NCBI GenBank assembly: GCA_039819145.1
Contig: JBCBSL010000001.1
Span: 1 to 55,901 of the forward strand
Direction of reading: 5' to 3'
DNA: 55,901 bases
From: Cyanobacteria bacterium J06638_22
GTDB taxonomy: Bacteria; Cyanobacteriota; Cyanobacteriia; Elainellales; Elainellaceae
Below, in pieces: positions 52,001-55,901 of the stretch (its first letter is position 1; every line of letters begins with the position of its first letter). The translations under genes were made by a program, and so were the position numbers. Below the pieces are notes generated by a model. That model ran no database searches and was not told the DNA's origin. It saw only the letters and a program-made list of their open reading frames with translations.

Positions 52001-54713
52001 CGCGGGTGGTCAGATAGTCTTTGTCGTTAGCGACGGTGAGGTTGAAACCTCCCAGGGAGCCGAGGGTCAGCACATCCAGGGATTCATTCGGATCGAGGCG
52101 ATCGCGATTGGGATAGACCTGGTTCAGCAGATAGGTGTTCATCGACGCCCCGGCGTAGATGGCGATCGCCCCAGGATAACTAAGGGGATCATATCCAGCG
52201 TTTTCCAGGCTTTCCCAAGCACATTCCAGTAAAAGTCGCTGCTGTGGGTCGAGTAGCTCTGCCTCTCGGGGATTGATGCCAAAAAACTCCGCGTCGAAGG
52301 TTTCCACGTCATCCAAAATCGGACTGGCTTTGACGTACTGAGGATGGGAAATCAACTCCGGCGGCACCCCCGCTGCCAGCAACTCCTCATCACTAAAGAA
52401 CGTGACGGATTCGACCCCGTCGCACAGGTTTTGCCAGAACTCCTGCAAGTTCCGGGCACCGGGGAATCGCCCCACCATGCCCACGACGGCTACGTCGGTG
52501 CTGCGGGTAGAAGGGCGGCGGCGCTGGGCGCGATGTTGTGCGGTCTGGATGGTGTCGGTTTCCGCTGCTGTTGTCGGGGACTCTTGCCCCAGTGTTTTTT
52601 GCTGGAAAAAGTCGGCGAGCGATCGCACGGTCGGGTGCTGAAACAAATCCACCGTCGTCAAGGAGATTCCGAAGCGGTCGGAAAGCTGGGCTAACACCTG
52701 CATCAGCTTCAGGGAGGTGCCCCCGAGTTCAAAGAAAGTCTCGTCTAGTCCAATGGTCGCCAGCCCCAGCACGGCTTGCCAGATGTCGGCGATCGCCTGC
52801 TCTCGCTCCGATTGCGGCAAGGCTTGCGGTAGAGGGCGATCGCGCCATACTTGCTCCACCTGTTGCAAAATAGCGTCAAATTCCCCGGCGGCAAATCGCT
52901 GGCTGAGTTGACTCCGCTGAATCTTGCCGATGCTGGTTTTGGGAATGGTCGCTTTTTCGACGGGTATTAAGTAGTCAGGGTTGAGGGCGATCGCTTCTAC
53001 TACCTGTCGCCGGATTTTTTGCAACAGCTCCACAGAGACAGCTCCAGTTCCAGCGACGGGGTGAAAGAAGATGGCGAGTTGTTCGGTTTCGCCTTGCGAT
53101 CGCCGCACCGCGCAGGCCGCCGTAAAGGCCACCTCTACCTCCAGCAACTCTTCTACCGCTGCCTCAATGTCATGGTTGTGGTAGTTGGCTCCGTTAATGA
53201 TGATGACGTCCTTTTGCCGCCCGGTCAGCGTCAGCCGTCCATCCTGCAAAAAGCCTAGATCTCCGGTGTTGAACCAGCCATCGTCGGTGAATACATCTGC
53301 GTTCAAATCGGGGCGGTTGATATAACCCGCAGTTACCGTCAGCCCCTGCACTTGCAGTGCGCCTACGGTGCCTTCCGGGACGACCTGCTGGTTATCGTCC
53401 ACAATTCGCAGGGACACTCCCGGAATCGGATGACCCAAGTCCACCCCTGTATCGTCATCACGAGTGGTTGCCAGGGAAAAGTCGCGGGAATGCACAATGC
53501 CGGAGCTGGTTTCGGACATGCCATAACCCGGGCTGACGGCATCTGCGGCCAATCCGTATTCCGCTAGCAATTGCAAAAAGCGCCGTGCGGTTTTGCCGAC
53601 AACGGCTTCGGCTCCATTGCCCATCCAGCGAACGGAGGATAAATCCCAGCCTCGGAGGGAATTCAACGCAGATGAACGCGGATGAACGCGGATGGGTTGT
53701 GGGTGAGTATCGGGAGGATGGGTTGATTCTGCCTGCTGCTTTTCTGTCAGAGCATCGCAGACGAGGCCGTAAGCGAAGTTGGGTGCCCAGGTGGTGGTTG
53801 CTTGGTGGCGTTCTAGTAGATCGAGCCAGCGTAGGGGATCTTGGAGTACCCACTCGTTGGCCGCTTGGACTTGGGAGCAACCCAGCATCACGGGGGTGAG
53901 GTGGAACATGACGAGGCTGGCGACATGTTCTAGAGGCATCCAGTTCAGGAATACCAAATCGGCGGTGAGCTGGTTGACGGTTGCCATGCCGTAGGTGCTG
54001 GCAAATAGATTGCGGCGGCTGAGTTGAACGCCTTTGGGTTGCCCGGTGCTGCCAGATGTGAGGAGCAGGAGGGTCAGGTCATCCAGGTCAGGGAGAACAG
54101 CCAGTTCCGTGGAGGACGCTGGTAGATGCTCCAGATTCAGGATGAGTGGATGGGCTTCGTCGTGAGCGCTGGGTCGAACGGTGGGTGGAGTTGTGGTGCT
54201 GGTGAGGACGGCGGCTTTGTCGAGAAGCTGTAATGCGCTGTCTAGGGCTGTTGCTTTTCCGGTATCAGCGGCGTGAGGCGGTGCGATCGCTAGGGGGACG
54301 GGGACATAGCCGCCCAGAAGGCAACCCCATAGGGCGGTGAGGAAGTCGGGGAGATCGCCAATCTGTAAGACAATGGGGGTTCCGGGTGCCAGCTGGCTAG
54401 CCGCTAGCCCTGTGGCGATGCGCTGGGCCTGGGTGTAGAGGTCGGCGTAGGATTGCGATCGCTCGTCCCCATTGGCCAAAACATGGGTAATGCCGTTGGA
54501 GGTCTGGGCGGCACGGTGTAGGATATCTGCCCAGGTTTGCGTCCAGTCGAACGCTGAAGGCAATGGCACTCCATGACTCACGCTGGGTTGCATGGCAATG
54601 CCATCGGTTGTCGCTAATGTTTGAGGTTGATTCAGTTGTAAACGGGGGTGCGGCGCTTGGCTGCCCCCATTCGGTTGGCTCAGGTTCTCCCTGGGAGAAT
54701 CGCCAATGGTCAT
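46002..54713 (-). CDS. type I polyketide synthase with loading adenylation domain: A/FAAL-ACP-KS-AT-DH-ER-KR-ACP (2903 aa)
   Basis: TSGSTGQPKG, GYGMSET, TGDLGF (A); GGTSL (ACP); QTACSTS, HGTGT, GHL (KS); GHSIG, HAFH (malonyl-type AT); HQVFGQAVFP, HPALLD (DH); HAATGGVG (ER); GGLGALG, LDD, YAAAN (KR); GLDSL (ACP); no TE or R domain. Confidence 0.93.
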   Translation of the reverse strand: MTIGDSPRENLSQPNGGSQAPHPRLQLNQPQTLATTDGIAMQPSVSHGVPLPSAFDWTQTWADILHRAAQTSNGITHVLANGDERSQSYADLYTQAQRIATGLAASQLAPGTPIVLQIGDLPDFLTALWGCLLGGYVPVPLAIAPPHAADTGKATALDSALQLLDKAAVLTSTTTPPTVRPSAHDEAHPLILNLEHLPASSTELAVLPDLDDLTLLLLTSGSTGQPKGVQLSRRNLFASTYGMATVNQLTADLVFLNWMPLEHVASLVMFHLTPVMLGCSQVQAANEWVLQDPLRWLDLLERHQATTTWAPNFAYGLVCDALTEKQQAESTHPPDTHPQPIRVHPRSSALNSLRGWDLSSVRWMGNGAEAVVGKTARRFLQLLAEYGLAADAVSPGYGMSETSSGIVHSRDFSLATTRDDDTGVDLGHPIPGVSLRIVDDNQQVVPEGTVGALQVQGLTVTAGYINRPDLNADVFTDDGWFNTGDLGFLQDGRLTLTGRQKDVIIINGANYHNHDIEAAVEELLEVEVAFTAACAVRRSQGETEQLAIFFHPVAGTGAVSVELLQKIRRQVVEAIALNPDYLIPVEKATIPKTSIGKIQRSQLSQRFAAGEFDAILQQVEQVWRDRPLPQALPQSEREQAIADIWQAVLGLATIGLDETFFELGGTSLKLMQVLAQLSDRFGISLTTVDLFQHPTVRSLADFFQQKTLGQESPTTAAETDTIQTAQHRAQRRRPSTRSTDVAVVGMVGRFPGARNLQEFWQNLCDGVESVTFFSDEELLAAGVPPELISHPQYVKASPILDDVETFDAEFFGINPREAELLDPQQRLLLECAWESLENAGYDPLSYPGAIAIYAGASMNTYLLNQVYPNRDRLDPNESLDVLTLGSLGGFNLTVANDKDYLTTRVSYKLNLRGPSVNVQTACSTSLVAVHMACQSLLSGECDLALAGGVSVHTPQRAGHLFQEGMILTPDGHCRAFDAQAQGTLFGSGVGLVVLKPLEEAIADQDTIYAVVKGSAMGNDGSQKVGYLAPRGEGQTLVAAEAIALADIDPETITYLEAHGTGTELGDPIEVASLTQAFRAATQKNQFCAIGSVKTNVGHLNIASGIVGFLKTVLSLHHKTLPPSLHFDTPNPQIDFAQTPFFVNTETRAWDVSDHPRRAGVNSLGIGGTNVHVVLEEYSTQMNADGRRWQEGKTEEGGKAALSRGLADVPQVVTLSARSQPALAALVQRYVAFLDENPELSLADVSFTAAVGRSHFAHRLAIVAESVADLRHQLKAVLKASMESAALYQGYADDSAGAASQKVAFLFTGQGSQYPNMGRELLVFPAFRNALQQCADLLTPHLDISLFDLLFPEAEVQNGQTSHKSKIHQTAYTQPALFALEYAVAQLWCSWGVTPAVVLGHSIGEYVAACLAGVFSLEDALKLVVARGRLIQALPETGGMLAVMADEATIQPLLENYQKQVFKDTGAIAKPSTIDIAALNSPENTVLSGSDEALEQLEVQLQNAGIKTTRLTVSHAFHSALMQPMVADFREVAQSIDYHPPTLPLISNLTGDVVDEAIATPDYWCRHICQPVRFAQSLDTLHTTHPSILLECGPKPILLNLATDGRHLDQDQPSVHLPTLHPNHPTTFLHSLAKLYTQGYSIDWQSGFTGQGLGRIPLPTYPFQRQRYWLDAPKPKRSPLTANTSAVHPLLGTPLMLAVSDRLFQSELSAQEPVWLNDHQVFGQAVFPGAAYLEMAIAAGNALWPNTPFSIRSLSLPQRLPLSETPIPLQTVITPKETSATLKILSHPDAQPSTPWRLHCTGELHQDTPAPDPIDFHLWQQQCGEVVDVAAHYEVLRSHRLDYGPHFQGIQQLWRKDGAALGRIEIPADTNQNYHIHPALLDACFQLILAALPEEAIAPYLPIGLEQLTQFRPVGDRVWSIVKLHPLKEGGKWVTADVHLLDEAGNILVQVKGLTAQRATTSAAAPAIADWLYELQWHIATPPQSPTARPTHWLVVTPSSIDTSIHCIPQTLQSQGHTVTQTTEVPKVLPAEVQNVIFLTDEKATATEQCHWFLRGVQHLVKQAQPPRVWLITQNVQSVGNGLTEVALEQAPLVGMVRAIALEHPELHCTHIDWDSHTPAEMLLKDFTSPTETQIAYRDGKRYVARLARSALRHQLPSADTGQQLQIQQRGTLEALTWESLARSAPQSGEVEIRVRATGLNFRDVLNALGLYPGEAGALGLECAGEIVRVGEGVSAFQPGDAVVAIAAGSFGDYVTTDARLVAPKPEGMSFAAAATIPVVFLTAYYMLCKVGGMQAGDSPSETRRERVLIHAATGGVGLAAIQLAQQAGAEIFATASPGKWDVLKSRQITHIHNSRTLDFADEILAATDGEGVDLILNSLNGDFIPKSLSVLKSEGCFLEIGKSGIWHSSQVAEVRPHATYAVVDLMELTQRQPDLIQAMLQELMPQFASGTLQPLPHQVFVRDGAIAAFRTMQQAKHIGKLVITPSFSPRPDSTYLITGGLGALGLRLAEWLAQRGAKHLLLLGRSAPSNAAQSTLEKLQDKGVTVETLKADVSDRPALANVLAPYLHADAAAPHPPLRGIFHAAGILDDGALIHQTPEQCDRVLAPKVQGTWNLHQLTQNAQATVDLDCFVLFSSAASLLGLAGQVNYAAANAYLDAIAHHRHSVGLPALSINWGAWDETGMAIDHTVRQNLTDRGITFLPPDAALDLLDILLVSALAQVGVMAMDWEKWVRSGGASSLVKDLLTQAQQPAPSNPATTVRSLVETLGQTPVEQHPQILATYVKTQVARVLGTTADTLDIDQGFTELGLDSLTAVELRNRLQTDVGQPLPITLLFDYPTPAALTHYLTKRLCPDSEDFATEKTSASNDSASSPLPDSGVDGLSEAEAEALLLAELDRLNQDKE
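47799..47822 (-). mobile_element. 24-nt in-frame small dispersed repeat inserted in a HIP1 site
   Basis: Flanks GCG (47796-47798) and ATCGC (47823-47827) rejoin to GCGATCGC; the insert adds SPSETRRE inside GD|RVLIH of the ER domain. Confidence 0.75.
51150..51184 (-). repeat. 35-nt decamer-repeat element inside the PKS (copy 2)
   Basis: Three CATCYGCGTY units; reverse complement of 53661-53695 with 2 mismatches. Confidence 0.75.
53661..53695 (+). repeat. 35-nt decamer-repeat element inside the PKS (copy 1)
   Basis: ATTC + three AACGCRGATG units + G. Confidence 0.75.
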
Positions 54714-54926
54714 TCTGTTTCACTCCTCACCAACGAGCCAGAAGGCTTTGGTGTTGCCACTCACAGAAAGTAGTGTATAACACCCATTCCCCCGGACAAT
54801 CACTCCGAACGCAGATTGCAATTTTTTTCAGCAAAGGCGGAAAATGCCTTGGACACTTACATTGAGGCTATAGGATTCAACGCGGTTGTTGTGGACTCCG
54901 GAAAGCTGATGCGTAAACGTTTGTCG

Positions 54927-55136
54927 ATGGTGTAGGCGTCAGCGTTTTACCCAAAGCCGGAGGTCGTCGTGGAGTTTAAAGCGTTTGCCCTGCGTATGCG
55001 TCCTAGATGATTCCTGGGTTCCCATACCCCATAGGGACGATCGCCCAATCGAACAGTTCCATTGATTCAGAAGAGCAATTGTCTGGTTGAATGATCGCAA
55101 GCCAAAGCAGTCCTTGTTTTCCATCGTCTACACCAT
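54927..55136 (-). ncRNA. ssrS: probable 6S RNA (SsaA/SsrS)
   Basis: Closing stem ATGGTGTAGACG...CGCCTACACCAT spanning ~210 nt; internal blocks GAAAACA..ACTGCTTTGG, TTGCTCTTCTG, GGAACTG, GGCAAAC, AACTCCACGACGACCTCCGGCTTT match my recollection of cyanobacterial 6S RNA; exact ends uncertain. Confidence 0.7.
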
Positions 55137-55318
55137 TGCGGATCAGAGCATTACGGATAATGGGCATTGCAGATAAGGGCGATCGCGCTCCTTGCAACTC
55201 TAGTACACAAATACCGTCTATCTTCATAACATTCAGAATTTTCTGAATTGGGGACTGTTGATTATATCGGCACCGTTTGCTGATCTATCCGCATCCTGCT
55301 TCCATTGATTCCTGCCCC

Positions 55319-55901
55319 ATGGAAACGATTAACCTCACCATTTCCGACGAAACCCTACGCGACGGCCAACAGCAGGTTGGTTTGTTTTTCGACACTGAGG
55401 TCGAGCATGAACTGGCGTTTCGTATTGCTCGTACTGGCGTCCAGCAGATGGCATTGATGCCTGCGGTGCATACCAGCGAAGCCAGCCTGGTGCAGCGCCT
55501 CATTGCCGAAGGGCTAGGCCATCAGGTGATTGCTTCTACCATGCTGAGCCGCGAGGCGATCGCCCAGTCCCTGGCCTGTGGTGCCAAGCAGATTATCCTC
55601 TTCCATGCGGTGAGCGATCGCCTGCTGGCCTTGCGTGACCCCGATCTGCGCCGCCACCCCGACTACCGCCACAAAACTGTAGAGGATGGCATCCCCATCG
55701 CCCTGCTCGACCAGGCTCGTGAGACCATGCTCGACAAGGTGTTGCAACACCTGCAATACGCCAAAGAGCAAGGGTTACAGATCTGCTTTGCCGCCGAAGA
55801 CGCCAGCCGCACCGATACAGACTTTTTGGTGGATTGCATTCGCAAGTTCGAGCCTTACATCGACCATTTTTTGCTTTGCGACACCGTGGGCATTCTTACC
55901 C
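55319..55901 (+). CDS. DRE-TIM metallolyase (2-isopropylmalate/homocitrate synthase-like), truncated by window end
   Basis: Manual translation METINLTISDETLRDGQQQVG...FAAEDASRTD...LCDTVGILT; absent from the ORF track because there is no stop in the window. Confidence 0.85.
   Translation, partial: METINLTISDETLRDGQQQVGLFFDTEVEHELAFRIARTGVQQMALMPAVHTSEASLVQRLIAEGLGHQVIASTMLSREAIAQSLACGAKQIILFHAVSDRLLALRDPDLRRHPDYRHKTVEDGIPIALLDQARETMLDKVLQHLQYAKEQGLQICFAAEDASRTDTDFLVDCIRKFEPYIDHFLLCDTVGILT

Noticed and set aside
46002-54713. OLS olefin synthase or heterocyst glycolipid synthase assignment for the PKS
   Set aside because: Has DH and ER and lacks the sulfotransferase-TE of OLS; lacks the tandem ACPs and partner genes of hgl/pfa systems
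54939-55227. ORFs 54939..55124 and 55003..55227 (minus strand)
   Set aside because: Short, no recognisable motifs, and they overlap the probable 6S RNA and its promoter

Overview
Cyanobacterial chromosomal window. Evidence: dense HIP1 octamers GCGATCGC and cyanobacteria-specific genes such as hpsA, mgdA, DUF2811 and DUF3747; a motile filamentous lineage is inferred from the hps locus. Most of it is housekeeping: mutM, ispH, rpmB, htpG, mgdA, rph, hemJ, pilD, accD, pip, ychF, 5-formyl-THF cyclo-ligase and hemE. Non-routine content: (1) an hpsA plus three-pseudopilin cassette that is strongly HIP1-poor; (2) a phased array of cyanobacterial-type DnaA boxes at 24.2-24.4 kb with no dnaA or dnaN in the window; (3) an AT-rich orphan R-S-E ADP-ribosyltransferase gene beside a pair of MITE-like direct repeats; (4) a stand-alone 2903-aa A/FAAL-ACP-KS-AT-DH-ER-KR-ACP polyketide synthase with no release domain and three apparent in-frame mini-element insertions; (5) a probable 6S RNA gene just upstream of the PKS; (6) many families of ~90-160 bp palindromic MITE-like elements, some nested, stacked or overlapping stop codons. 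All calls are by eye from motifs and recalled family knowledge; no searches were run.
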